The translations under genes were made by a program, and so were the position numbers. The notes below the pieces were generated by a model. That model searched no databases, was not told where the DNA came from, and saw only the letters and a list, made by a program, of their open reading frames with translations. This document shows positions 23,878-36,212 of a DNA stretch of 45,377 bases, in pieces. Position 1 is the stretch's first letter. Every line of letters starts with the position of its first letter. The DNA is from Nemertoderma westbladi (taxonomy: Eukaryota > Animalia > Xenacoelomorpha), in contig JAUCBJ010001510.1 in assembly GCA_032718475.1 (NCBI GenBank), forward strand, positions 1 to 45,377, written 5' to 3'.

Positions 23878-25083
23878 TTGGCTGTTACCTCTCTGACTGA
23901 CAGCGCAACAGCCCCTATAGCCGCCTGGAGACATTTTCGATTAATTATGCTCACGCCACGCTCGACGTCGGTTAGAAACATTAAATATATGGATTTAACA
24001 CGGAGGGCCTCCTACGACGTCAACAAATGCTTAAAATTAAACCTCTTAAGAACGCGCACACTATACCAAATCGAATACTACAAGTCTATTAAAGAATCCA
24101 ACTTTCCTCCACAACATATCGTCCCCCGAGTTAGCCAAATTCTAAAATTTTACCCTAAACTATATAACGGACTTTTAAAGCGTATATTTACCACTGAAAT
24201 CCAGAATAGATACACCAGACTACGTAATCTCCAACGCTTCTACAACGAGTCTTACGCTAGACTTCTAAATTACGCAAACACCCGATCCGACACTCGGCCC
24301 CTTGATTACTTGGATTTTTGGATCCCAGTCAACATGGACAGAGAACGAACTGTTACACGCGCCCGGCTCGAATACAGGCATAGTTTCGATTCCGGTTTCG
24401 AGACTATGAATGATTATCTCGACGGTCAACAACCTAACAGGGAACCCGCCAAATTCCGCACCAAACATCTCGACCCATCCCACACCCAATCCACGAACCC
24501 TTTCCCGCAGGCTCAAGCTCCCGTTACCAATCTATCTAACGTTACCCTCAACCAAGAACAACTGGACCTTCTAGGCTTGGGATTCAATTTCATACCATAC
24601 CGAGGCTTAACCGACTCGGACTGTTTCGAAGCCAGTGTCGACATTTCCATGGCGGCCTCCAAACTCCGCTACAGGAATCGCCATATTAACCACATCGAAC
24701 AGAACCGCACCCACAATCCCAGCACCCCACAGAACTCTCGCTGCCCCCACCCCTCCCCAGCCACCAGCGAAACCCAAACCCTCCAGACCAGGCCAGCCAC
24801 CCAGGCGAGTACTTTTCAAAGATCCAACAGACCCCCATAACCAACCTGTCCCTATACCAGACTTTCCACATACATCACCTCTACATCCCTTACCCTCTCG
24901 TAGCGAGCGAAGCACCCCATGCGTTCCTCACTCACCCACCCATCAACACGCAACCCCTATCACTGGTACCCCCTCTACCCGCACCCACTCCAAAACCAAA
25001 GCTATGGCATCCACACACCCCCCGAGCCTAGCTAGCATACCCGAATTGGCACCTGATTCTACCCCCGATACCCACAACCCACA
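23878..25083 (+). pseudogene. Probable Penelope-like element ORF N-terminal region, 3'-truncated (no RT)
   Basis: VTNLSNVTLNQEQLDLLGLGFNFIP matches the pre-RT motif of PLE proteins. A/C-rich sense strand and an overlapping Pro-rich frame at 24635-25243. Confidence 0.55.
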
Positions 25084-25405
25084 CAGACTTCTGTCTCCTC
25101 TGATCAGTGATCATGTATGTTCTGCACATGTCCTTCATAGACTATCACATAACAAAAAAAGTCGCATCACAACAGTCGGTCCAATAGAGGGATCATCATT
25201 CCTACCATTGTGTCTGTCATCTACCATTCCCACTGTCAGTTGAAAGTTGTTGGAAGTATTGGAAATAAATAATATAATACCTGAATATTTATTTTTGATT
25301 TTAAACAATATTAATATCATTTTTGAGACCATAATTGGTAATGATTTCCTAGAAATTGGCCTTAGTAAAACAGCCTTATTGACATTTGTAATTGCATGTA
25401 ATGTA

Positions 25406-27306
25406 CAGGGTGTCCCATAAAATTTGTTACTACTTTGAATTTATATAACTCCCACGTATGTTGGATAAAATATAAGTTTTTTATATCAAATTAAAGCCAA
25501 TATTCTAACTTAGATTTTGGTCCGTGTTTGGAGTCACAACGTTGTTATGGAAACAAAATACAGCCAATTGAACTCAAAAGCCAGATTTTATACATTCGTA
25601 AGTGAAGCTTCGAGGCCGTTTAAATAGGTAATGCGCTATTTGGACGATACATGGTCATGAACATTGCTTGTTTGTTATGAAAGGTTAAAATTCGAGGAAC
25701 GTTGGTCATAAAGTGTATTTATTTTTGGTTATTTATTTTATTACAATTTATTTTGTGCCAATATTCAACATACTAACTAATCTGACAAACAAATAAAGTA
25801 TACAATCAATGCAATACTGTATGTATGCATACACACACTAGCATTAAATAATAAATAATGCCTGTGACGATATAATAAACCTGGAATAATTGTAATGTAC
25901 TTGTAATGTAATTGAATCTAAGAGTTAGATTGATTAGACACTAGAAGTTTAATGCTATTATTGTACCGGTATCTATTTGTAAATCTCTACGTGGCCACCT
26001 CCTATTTCCTGCACTTTTTCTAGTCTACTCATCATTTCTGCAAAGGATCTCTGAAGATGGGCTTTCGGTATTCCGTTGAAGGCTTCAGTAATAGCAGGAC
26101 GAAGTTGGGCCAAGGATTCAATCGGTTGGCTATAAACTAAGTTCTTAATGTGGCCCCATAAATAGAAATCGCAAGGTGTCAGGTCCGGGGAGCGTGGTGG
26201 CCACAGCACTGGTCCATCTCTGCCAATCCAATGTCCGTTAAAATGACAGTCCAAATAATTCCTAACGATAAGCCCCCAGTGTGGCGGTGCACCATCTTGC
26301 TGGAACACAATATCGCTATGATGGATTCCTAACCGAGGAACAAAAAATGAAGATATCAAATCTAAATAACTGGCACTTGTGACAGTTGGTGTATCAAAAA
26401 AGTATGGACCAATTAATCGTGTGCGAGACATAGCTGCCCATACAGTGACCTTTGGTGAGTCGCGAGATTTTTCAGCGATTGAGTGTGGGTTTTCCTTTCC
26501 CCAAATCCGAGAATTCCATCTATTTACTTGTCCATTGACATGAAAGGTAGACTCATCACTAAAGAATACCTTGGATAAGTCCTTAGATTCTAGAAAGTTC
26601 AATATCTGGGCCGCATTATTGACACGTCTGGTGTAGTCGTTTTGTTGAATTGCATGTAGGAGCTGAATTTTGTAAGATTTAAATTTGAGTTTCTTAATAA
26701 CTCTTTGAATACTGCTACGACTGTAGCTTAATGATAGTGATGCCCGCCTCAGTGATGTCTTGGGATTCTGGATAAAATGGGCCTCAATGATTTCTCTTGA
26801 AACACGAATGCGTCTTCCTGACCCCTTTTTTCTGGTGAAACCGAATTCGGATGAAAGTTTTTTCACGAATCTTAAAATTTCAGCGTTTTTAGGAAGACGC
26901 TGATTTGGAAATTTGTGTCCAAATGCACTAGCTGTCAGTTTGGGCGACTTAGTTTCAAAATACGTTTTTACAATAAAAACTTTCTCTTCACCAGAGAACA
27001 TGGTTCCAACTTAAAACACAAGAGTGAACCAAAATGGTAGCTAGTCTTATTTCCATAGCAACACTAACTTTCTCATAAAATAAATACCCGCAAAAGACTA
27101 GAACATGCACCTACGAATGTATAAAATCTGGCTTTTGAATTCAATTGGCTGTATTTTGTTTCCATGACAACGTTGTGATTCCAAACACAGACCAAAATCT
27201 AAGTTAGAATATTGGCTTTAAATTGATATAAAAAACTTATATTTTATCCAACATACGTGGGAGTTATATAAATTCAAAGTAGTAACAAATTTTATGGGAC
27301 ACCCTG
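25406..27306 (-). mobile_element. Complete Tc1/mariner DD41D (rosa/Visitor-type) transposon, 1901 bp
   Basis: TA TSD at 25404-25405 and 27307-27308. ~200-bp TIRs starting CAGGGTGTCCCATAAAATTTG with few mismatches. Confidence 0.95.
25973..27001 (-). CDS. Intact DD41D transposase, 342 aa
   Basis: FSDES, QQDGAPPH and WPPRSPDLTPCDFYLWG, with 41 residues between the second and third Asp. N-terminal HTH region. Confidence 0.95.
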   Translation of the reverse strand: MFSGEEKVFIVKTYFETKSPKLTASAFGHKFPNQRLPKNAEILRFVKKLSSEFGFTRKKGSGRRIRVSREIIEAHFIQNPKTSLRRASLSLSYSRSSIQRVIKKLKFKSYKIQLLHAIQQNDYTRRVNNAAQILNFLESKDLSKVFFSDESTFHVNGQVNRWNSRIWGKENPHSIAEKSRDSPKVTVWAAMSRTRLIGPYFFDTPTVTSASYLDLISSFFVPRLGIHHSDIVFQQDGAPPHWGLIVRNYLDCHFNGHWIGRDGPVLWPPRSPDLTPCDFYLWGHIKNLVYSQPIESLAQLRPAITEAFNGIPKAHLQRSFAEMMSRLEKVQEIGGGHVEIYK

Positions 27307-27497
27307 TATATCCTCTGTATAAGTTGTTGATTACAATTTGTCTCTTGACAACCGATATGTATTACATCTATATGCGGCTAGTCATAACTCTGATCTCGCA
27401 AGATTCCAAACTTGACCCCAATAATAACCAACTACATAGTAATTAGAGACAGGCGACAACTGGCTACAATATATATCATAAACATTAACTATTTTAG

Positions 27498-27632
27498 ATT
27501 TTGATGAATGCGCTGATAATGGTGCAGGAAGCAGCAATGACTGCGATCCAAATGCCAAATGTACAAATACATTGGGTGGATTCACATGCAGTTGCAATAC
27601 TGGGTATTCTGGTGATGGAGTTGCTTGTACCG
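27498..27632 (+). CDS. cbEGF exon, array copy 1 (DFDECADNGAGSSNDCDPNAKCTNTLGGFTCSCNTGYSGDGVACT)
   Basis: ttttag / gttagt, phase 1-1, open. Confidence 0.9.
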
Positions 27633-27753
27633 GTTAGTCATTACTCCGATCTCTCAAGATTCTAAACGTGACCCCAATAATAACCAACTTCATAGTAATT
27701 AGAGACAGGCGACTACTGGCTACAATATATATCATAAACATTAACTATTTTAG

Positions 27754-27888
27754 ATTTTGATGAATGCGCTGATAATGGTGCAGGAAGAAGCAATGACTGC
27801 GATCCAAATGCCAAATGTACAAATACATTGGGTGGATTCACATGCAGTTGCAATACTGGGTATTCTGGTGATGGAGTTACATGTACCG
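27754..27888 (+). CDS. cbEGF exon, array copy 2
   Basis: ttttag / gttagt, 135 nt, open. Confidence 0.9.
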
Positions 27889-28009
27889 GTTAGTCATATC
27901 TCTGATCTCTCAAGATTCAAAACTTAATCCTAAGAATAACCAACTACATAGTAATTAGAGACAGGCGACTACTGGCTATAATATATATCATAAACATGAA
28001 CTATTTTAG

Positions 28010-28144
28010 ATATTGATGAATGCGCTGATAATGGTGCAGGAAGCAGCAATGACTGCAACCCAAATGCCAAATGTACAAATACATTGGGTGGATTCACATG
28101 CAGTTGCAATACTGGGTATTCTGGTGATGGAGTTGCTTGTACCG
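28010..28144 (+). CDS. cbEGF exon, array copy 3
   Basis: ttttag / gttagt, 135 nt, open. Confidence 0.9.
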
Positions 28145-28265
28145 GTTAGTCATTACTCCGATCTCTCAAGATTCTAATCTTGACCCCAATAATAACCAAC
28201 TTCATAGTAATTAGAGACAGGCGACAACTGGCTACAATATATATCATAAACATTAACTATTTTAG

Positions 28266-28400
28266 ATTTTGATGAATGTGCTGATAATGGTGTAGGAAGA
28301 AACAATGACTGCGATCCAAATGCCAAATGTACAAATACATTGGGTGGATTCACATGCAGTTGCAATACTGGGTATTCTGGTGATGGAGTTACATGTACCG
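28266..28400 (+). CDS. cbEGF exon, array copy 4
   Basis: ttttag / gttagt, 135 nt, open (GVGRN variant). Confidence 0.9.
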
Positions 28401-28522
28401 GTTAGTCATATCTCTGATCTCTCAAGATTCAAAACTTAATCTGTAGAATAACCAACTACATAGTAATTAGAGACAGGCGACTACTGGCTACAATATATTT
28501 TCATAAACATTAACTATTTTAG

Positions 28523-28657
28523 ATTTTGATGAATGCGCTGATAATGGTGCAGGAAGAAGCAATGACTGCGATCCAAATGCCAAATGTACAAATACATTGG
28601 GTGGATTCACATGCAGTTGCAATACTGGGTATTCTGGTGATGGAGTTACATGTACCG
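28523..28657 (+). CDS. cbEGF exon, array copy 5
   Basis: ttttag / gttagt, 135 nt, open. Confidence 0.9.
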
Positions 28658-28778
28658 GTTAGTCATATCTCTGATCTCTCATGATTCAAAACTTAATCCT
28701 AAGAATAACCAACTACATAGTAATTAGAGACAGGCAACTACTGGCTATAATATATATCATAAACATTAACTATTTTAG

Positions 28779-28913
28779 ATATTGATGAATGCGCTGATAA
28801 TGGTGCAGGAAGAAGCAATGACTGCGACCCAAATGCCAAATGTACAAATACATTGGGTGGATTCACATGCAGTTGCAATACTGGGTATTCTGGTGATGGA
28901 GCTACATGTGCGG
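28779..28913 (+). CDS. cbEGF exon, array copy 6
   Basis: ttttag / gttggt, 135 nt, open, ends GATCA (aa). Confidence 0.88.
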
Positions 28914-30385
28914 GTTGGTATAACTAAACTTAACCCATTGTTTGTTTCTGCGATAGTAAATATATTCCAGTATTCAACAAAGTCAATATAGTTCAGATTC
29001 CGACTTTTATATTAAAATTGAAGCAATAGGCCTAGGCTCTGCTATTGCAGTATTGCATTACATATTACTTTGCAAAGATCTGTATATTATAATACAGATA
29101 CTATCTCAATCCCCTCCTACTCCCTCCACCAATTTGCATATTCCAAACAGTTAATGTCAGTGTACTTGAAAGCGAGATGGAGTCTTTCGACTGCAGTTAC
29201 TTCTTCATATCACTGTCTCCCACCCTTCACTATCCCTAAATCATCTACACGTTGGTGTAACAAGGCGCTTTTATTGCTTGTCTTGGAGGGGCTCGGTTCC
29301 CTTGTCTGGATCTATATCACCAGTTGTATGTTGGTTATCATAAATTGGACCAACGAAAACGCTGATTGCGCCGAAATATAGCCCCATTGTCCATCAATAC
29401 GTGATAGCTGTGACCCCTTATATCGCCATGTAGCACGGTAACCTCTATAACCCATAAACCCGATTTTGGGTTCTGTAATCTCATCCTGGGTCCTGTACTG
29501 TAGATAATAATGAAAGTTGGATTGAGCCACGGTTGTACGATTTGGCCACTTCCTGCCTATGGACCCTTGTCCTCTCATTAGCTGACATGAGCTCCGAACT
29601 TGATACCTGGTTGTAATTCAAATATGGCAACTTTGTTCCCTTTTGCATGGCTGAATCATCTTTGAGCTGGGCTCAACCCATCCGATCTCAGAGTATTTCA
29701 GTATTCCAAAATTACATCACTAAATTCCTTGCTGCTAACATCGTTCGAAACTTTCAGCAGCAGATTCTTTATGCGGAAACCGCGGATTCTCCATAAGCAT
29801 TTGCCTGGTGGTGGTATGGTGATGATGGATCCGATTTAATGTAATTCGATTTACAATACTCATTAAATCCATTAGTCACAAACTGAGGAGTTCCATTGTT
29901 GTCAATCTCGGAGGCAATCCAAACTACTTGATCCATGCATTAAGACACTTGATCATAGCTGTTGTATCAGGCCAACCTCTACTGCAACCATAGACTTCTA
30001 GCCAACCTGAATACTTGTCGGTAATTTCCAAGTATTTTTTTCCTGAAACTTAAAAAAAAATCAGCTGCTATGGCTTCCTATGGTTTCATTTGTCTTGAAT
30101 TATCGGTTCTCTGCCCTGGGATGGCTTGAATACTTCACACGGATCACAACTTTGTACAACGTTACTTACATCATTTGTTATGCCGGGCCATATACTGGGA
30201 CACATTGTCACATTCGATCATGGCCTTCGGAATTACAACTAACGATCCATATAAGATTATATCATCTTTTGCCATAAGACCTTGTCTGAGACACCAATAT
30301 TGTTTCAGATCGTCACTCAATATTTCTTTATGTTCTGGGAATTCATTATTAACTTCATTCATCCAACACCAAATCGGGTGATGAT

Positions 30386-31113
30386 CAGGGACTGGGATGA
30401 AATCGAAATCGAATCAAATCGAACGAATTTCAATGGGTCGAAAATCGAATCGAAAGCTATTGTTTCAGAAATCGAATCGAATCTAAAAAAAAAGAAATTG
30501 AATCGAAAATCGAAAGAAAATATTCAATCTGATTCGACTTTTTAAATTATATTGATTAATTTAATTGATTGATTGCCTTGATTAATTTAATTAATTATGT
30601 GCTTTAATATAAATAGTGTGATTTAAAATACTGGGGTCAGCATTCATCAATATGGTGAATAATGGTGATGATTGAGTTTTATAAATAATAGATTTGGGGT
30701 AAAGGTTCCCTAAGAACTCAAGACGCACACTAGTCTATAATACAGTCCTACAATTTTGTCCGGTATCCCCCACCCCCCCCCCTGTTCCCCAATGGAATAT
30801 TGTACACTACAACTACTTAACTACTTAAACTATTAAAAAAAGTACTCCTTTTTCTCCCGATTTTGGGGAATATTCGAGCAAAAAAGTAACAATTTAAGAA
30901 TAAAATTGATAATGTATAATATTTAATGACAAATAATTAAGTTAACATGCAAAGGTCGAATAATTGAATCGATAGTCGAAATTTTTTACCTAGTTATGAG
31001 TCGAATCGAAATCGAATCGAAATTGTGCTGAATCGAATTGAAATCGAATCAAAAATTATATGAGAAATCAAAGAAGACAAATTGCTTTCGATTCAATTCA
31101 ATGCCTGTCCCTG
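30386..31113. mobile_element. hAT-type MITE
   Basis: CAGGGAC...GTCCCTG termini, 8-bp TSD GTGATGAT/GTGATAAT, subterminal AATCGA repeats. Confidence 0.88.
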
Positions 31114-31912
31114 GTGATAATATCTTGATTTCAATGATTGCTGATATATCTAAATACTGTGCTATATCCTTGCTTTCTTCTTCATCCTCTCCAGCCAGCT
31201 TTGACACTGGGCTGCGTGATAGTACATCTGGTACACAATGAGCTGAACTTCTTCTCCATTCTGCTGTCATACGCACTGACGAAAATTTGTCCTTTAGCCA
31301 TATGATTCTTTGAGAATCGATTTCGGACAAACCCTTATTGTTGATTATCAGCAATAGTGATTTATGGTCCACTACTAGGTTAAAGTGTGCTCCCTGTAAA
31401 TAAAACTGGTTTCTTTATCGCCCATACTACGGCTAATAACTCTGACTCTGTTGCAGAGTAGCTATATTCCGGTTCTGTCACAGTTCTTGACCCATATTGC
31501 AGCAACTTGTAAACACCAATATCACCCAGCTCTTCCTGCCACAATGCAAATCCGAGCCTCTGAGATGGGGCTGCATAAGTCTCTAACCAGCTTTGCTCCT
31601 GGTCGATATTGGGCCAATATTCTCTGTGAAGTGAGTATATTTATTAGGTCGCTGAATGCACGATCTTGAGGATCCTCCCATATTAATGTGGATCTCGATG
31701 AGTTCAAGGCAGTGAGTGGCTTTATCATTTCAGTAATATCTGGAGAATATATGAAAACTGCTGAACTGCGAGATTTTGGTCAGCTCTCAGCTCTCCGGGC
31801 ATACTGCGAGATTTTGGTACTGGAAAATTGTTCAGTGCTTCAACAAGCAATGTACATTACTGTCAATTGTATATCCATACCAATCAACGTGTGACTTGGA
31901 AAATTCAAGGTA

Positions 31913-32950
31913 GGGTATAACTTTTCGCCGTATCCGTATTCGTATGCATTTACCGTATCCGTATTCGTATGCATTTGCCATATCCGTATGTACATACGCG
32001 TATGTGCCATATTTAATGGATTCCTATTGAGAATAATCCGTATGTGATTTTATAGATTAGGCATTGCGGAGCAGTAAGAAGTGCACATCACACATGCAGA
32101 CTGAAGACAGGTAGGCCTACTTAAAGCTAAGTGATTTAAAGAGTGTGGCTGCCGCTACCTTTTGTCAAATAACAATGCAGGACAGGTCCAGGATGAGTGA
32201 CAGCCGCCAGCCCCAGGATGCGCCAGCAGTGCAGTACCTATTAACCATAACTCTTCTTGACGCCGCTTGGAAATCTAACCAACCGTGATTTATTTTTGAA
32301 CTGTTTTTCCACCAACCTGGCTATAGAATGTTGTTGGTTGCTACAGTATATGGCACTAACATTAACATAGTATAGACTGATAGAAGCAGCAATGAGAATG
32401 CTAAGGGAATAAACATTCGCACAGATATTGAAAGCCGTCGTGCCAGTCTGTCCTTCTTTGTGAATTTATTAACATATATATAATATACCTTTACTTTCGC
32501 TGTTCGGGGCCAGTATTTAGTTAACCATAGGCAACCAAGTTCCAACAAGTCCAACCTAGTGCCAGTTAGTCAAATCACGTGTCAGCGAGTGCAACCGGGT
32601 GCCAGTAATTAATCTACGTCAAACCGGGTGGCCAGGTGTCAGTTAGTACAATAAAACAAGTGCTGTGGCGCATCCTGGGCTGAAGGACATAATCTGTCAC
32701 TCATCCTGGACCTACAATGTTTATTTGCCATTAGCAGCTAGCGCCAGCCGCACTCTTTAAATCATATCGCTTTTAAGTAGGCCTACCTGTCTTCAGTCTG
32801 CATGTGTGCTGTGCACTTCTTACTGGTCCGAAATGCCTAATCTTTAAAATCACATACAGATTATTCTCCATAGGAATCCATTACATACGCGTATGTGCAT
32901 ACGGATACGGCTAATGCATACAGATACCGATACGGCGAAAAGTTATACCC
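31913..32950. mobile_element. Long-TIR (~300 bp) non-autonomous element, Mutator-like
   Basis: GGGTATAACTTTTCGCCGTATC...GATACGGCGAAAAGTTATACCC, with arms alignable to about 32230/32660. Degenerate flanks TCAAGGTA/CCAATGGTA. Confidence 0.8.
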
Positions 32951-33874
32951 CCAATGGTACCTGCCAGTACCCATGTCTGGCATCAAACATGCTGAGATAC
33001 TTTATTCTTGGATTTCTACTGTGGCGTAGGAGATGCCACGATGTACAAATGTACGCACTCCAAAGTGAAGATGGGTTTCATTTTCATCAGTAGATATACA
33101 TTTTGATGTCACATGTCCCATTTTTACCTTGCACATAGTTGGTTGTATAGTTAATATGATGTAAATAGAGTTTCAATAATCCTATGAACTCGAAAGTGGT
33201 ATCATTGGAATCGCAATTGCCAATTTAGTGGGTATAGAATACAATTTTGAAGACACCTGATCAATAGTTTCTCAGCAATACTCTAAAAATTGACGAAGTT
33301 ATCCATATTTTGTTAAAAATTACATATGAAACTGTTCAAATGTGGTTGATAAAAACACATTTCATACCCAGATTGTATGATTTTATCGTAATGTTGTTAA
33401 TAAGTACCGACATTGTGCTATTTACAGCTAATTCACTTTAATATATATTTAATTTTAATAAATTATTTACAAAAATAATGTTGAATAAATATTAACAACG
33501 ACTTTAAGGGGAGAATTGTGCGGTGAGGGATCCCATGTAAAATGCTTTGTGCATCATTGTTTACATAGGTGCATTTTTCGAGAAATGTTTTCATTGGATT
33601 TGCTTGAAATTTGGAACATATGTTTAGATCACCTTATGGTTCAAAACCATGCAACATTGATGCATGACATACTTTATAAGGGATTTGGTAGCAATATAAA
33701 TTAAGATAAACGAAAAAAGACCTAACGTGCACTGAAAATTTGGCTCAAGGTTACATCAAGCTCATAGGCTACCGGTAGCAGTACTGTCTGACTGCCCTAC
33801 TGTCTGACAGCTGTAAAATCTCAAACAGGTACTGCATGCATAGCGTATGCTAGTGTCTAATATATGTCCAAAGC

Positions 33875-34386
33875 ACTACTACTACTAGGATCGGCACGCT
33901 GCATTGCAGCTGCATTATTAAGAATGCTGTGCCAGCTTGTCGACAAAATTGCGCCGCCACAACTCCCTATTATCACCCATGATATTTACTAGATCATCCG
34001 CGTCTTCAAGGCCAGTGTCCTTTAAGATGCGTCTCAAGAAAGTCATGGGCTGTCCACCATGCTTATTCACTCCATGAGGCTGCCAAAGTACAAGATTATG
34101 CACTGGCTGGTCCTCACGGTGAAAGCAATGTCCTGCAAAGCGGAGGCGATTTTGTTCTAGTGTCAAGCTTGGGGGAACCAATGAGACACCTCCAATGTTA
34201 TATAGTGTCTGGTTGGAGATGTGTGCATTATACTTGACACAATGAACTCGAAGTTGCATTCTTGTGAATGTGCCATCCAGAGATTTGGTGTCCTCAGCAG
34301 TTAGAGCCCAGCATGGACACCCATAGAGGAGTACTGGAACTACTGCTGCTCTAAATAATCGGACCTTAAGTTTCCGATTAATTCTC
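33875..34386 (-). mobile_element. RTE LINE family B, 3' end
   Basis: ORF 33918-34259 RLRFAGHCFHREDQPVHNLVLWQP. (TAG)n tail at 33875-33889. Confidence 0.88.
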
Positions 34387-34454
34387 TAAAGCACAATGAG
34401 ATAGTGTGCACAGTATACCAAAAAAATAAAGTAATTAATTCGAAATATTAGGCC

Positions 34455-34532
34455 TATCTAATATCTGTAAATTCTGTATCTGCAAATTCTGTATCTGTAA
34501 ATTCTGTATCTGTAAATTATGTATCTGTAAAT
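34455..34532 (+). repeat. 16-bp tandem repeat (TATCTGTAAATTCTG-like, 4-5 copies)
   Basis: Directly visible. Confidence 0.8.
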
Positions 34533-34860
34533 TGGGTTATATGATCCTAATGAAAAATAAATTGTTGTGTGTTATGTGGATGCTACTGTTACTGTGATTG
34601 TATATGATGTCCCGCATTATAGAACAGTTGTAGAACAAACTTACATTGACAGAATAAGTCACACTCGTAATTCATCATTTCTCCTTCTTAAACTCCTCTT
34701 CGTTAAACCTGGGTAGAACATTTTCATGGACGGATGTGTGTTGGTATCGGTGCTCACATCGAGTACAACGAAGGCCGCTTGCACTTCGTGTGCAGTCGGC
34801 TGCACACTCTTTACGATCTGCGGATGACTTTTGATTTATCTTTATGACTGTTGATTTACC

Positions 34861-36212
34861 AGCAGCCGTTAAAATTACTAGAATCACTATTTCCTGATTG
34901 GTTTTAAACTGGGTACCTAGCAACGCCATCAGCTGGTTTCAAAATGCCATATTTGGCGACAGGAAATAGTGATTCTAGTAATTTTAATGACTATTTTAAG
35001 GGCCTTAAAAATACTAGAGTCACTATTTTGGGAGCCCTTAGAACAACCAGAGGCACTATCCGGTTACACAGGGCCAGTGACAGAACTGACAAGCACCAGT
35101 TAAATTGACTAACACTGTGGGGCAAGCCACGAAAATTAGCGAGCTTAGAATACGGGTACCATTCTCAACCTCAATGTAATGACTTTTATTGTAATGACGT
35201 TTAATATAACTATCTATGACTCATGGCCTGCCCTCATTACATATATTGTAAAAATCTGTATGTCGTTTTCTTACCTAAGCCTAATCTACGGATTCCGGTT
35301 GCTGTAATGCCTTGATACTTGATATTGTGTGTGTATTGTGGTCAATATTCAATACTGCAATATTATACTATTGTGAAAGACGCCTACCTGCCAATGTTTA
35401 ACATGGTGTTTTCTCAACTATTCATTATATTATATGTAGAAACGAGACACCACACTCAAGTCTATCTGTCGGTCTGCCAGGCGGTTGGTCGGTCGGTCCG
35501 TCTAATCTTTGAATGCCAATACAGTAACTCAGAGAATCTTTGTGATGAAATTATACCAAACGTGGTACAAAAGTATAGTAGTACGTCAAAAGTTTAGAAA
35601 GTTTTCAGAATTTTGGCGTCGTGCATTTAAATGGTCCGCCTCTAGGAGGCGCTAAATATAACATCTTCTAAGCTTAATAACTTTTGAACCACTTCATAGA
35701 TTTTGAATAACCTATGGCCCCATGGTTCTCAATTAATTATCACGGTCATTTAAGTAGACCTCTACATTTTCTCCTCCATTTAGACGTATGGGTATGCACC
35801 TTTGTCCTTTACATTACCTGAATATGGTATTTACTATTATGAGTATTCAATGATCTTTTATTTTTATAATGCCTACCGCAACTAATACATGCTTCCATGT
35901 TGATATTATATATTTTGACGCCAACTATTCCACCATTTTGAAACAATTCGTTTGTTAACTGTATTAACTTTAGATTTAATAATATTGTTAATAGTTGTTA
36001 GTTGTAGTTATAGTTGTTTTAAGGGGTCCTGAAATAGTGACTCTACTAATTTTAAGGCCCTTAAAATAGTCATTAAAATTACTAGAATCACAATTTCTTG
36101 TCGCCATATCAGCAATAGGCATATGACATTTTGAAACCAGCTGATGGTGTTGCTAGGTACCCAGTTTTAGACCAATCAGGAAATAGTGATTCTAGTAATT
36201 TAAACGGCTCCT
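34861..36212. mobile_element. Foldback MITE with ~185-bp TIRs
   Basis: AGCAGCCGTT...AACGGCTCCT with direct repeat GATTTACC at 34853-34860 and 36213-36220. An alternative reading is CAG ends with a 6-bp ATTTAC TSD. Confidence 0.85.

Larger units (their letters stand above)
27379..28913 (+). repeat. Tandem array of six 256-257-bp units (121-bp intron + 135-bp EGF exon)
   Basis: Exon starts at 27498, 27754, 28010, 28266, 28523 and 28779. Introns are nearly as similar to each other as the exons. Confidence 0.97.
29110..33100 (-). mobile_element. Decayed Gypsy LTR retrotransposon pol (RT-RNaseH-integrase), interrupted by two MITEs
   Basis: Minus strand: YLSMFDARHGYWQVPL (~32955-33010), VDHKSL..PDVLSRSPV (31049-31372), LKQYW..DDIILYGSLVVIP (30171-30362), EITDKYSGWLEV (~29995-30030). 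Polypurine tract at 29110-29130 followed by TG. Confidence 0.85.

Noticed and set aside
27382-28991. ORF-track proteins MQLHVNPP... (-) and MMNALIMV... (+)
   Set aside because: Antisense or off-frame readings of the EGF exons.
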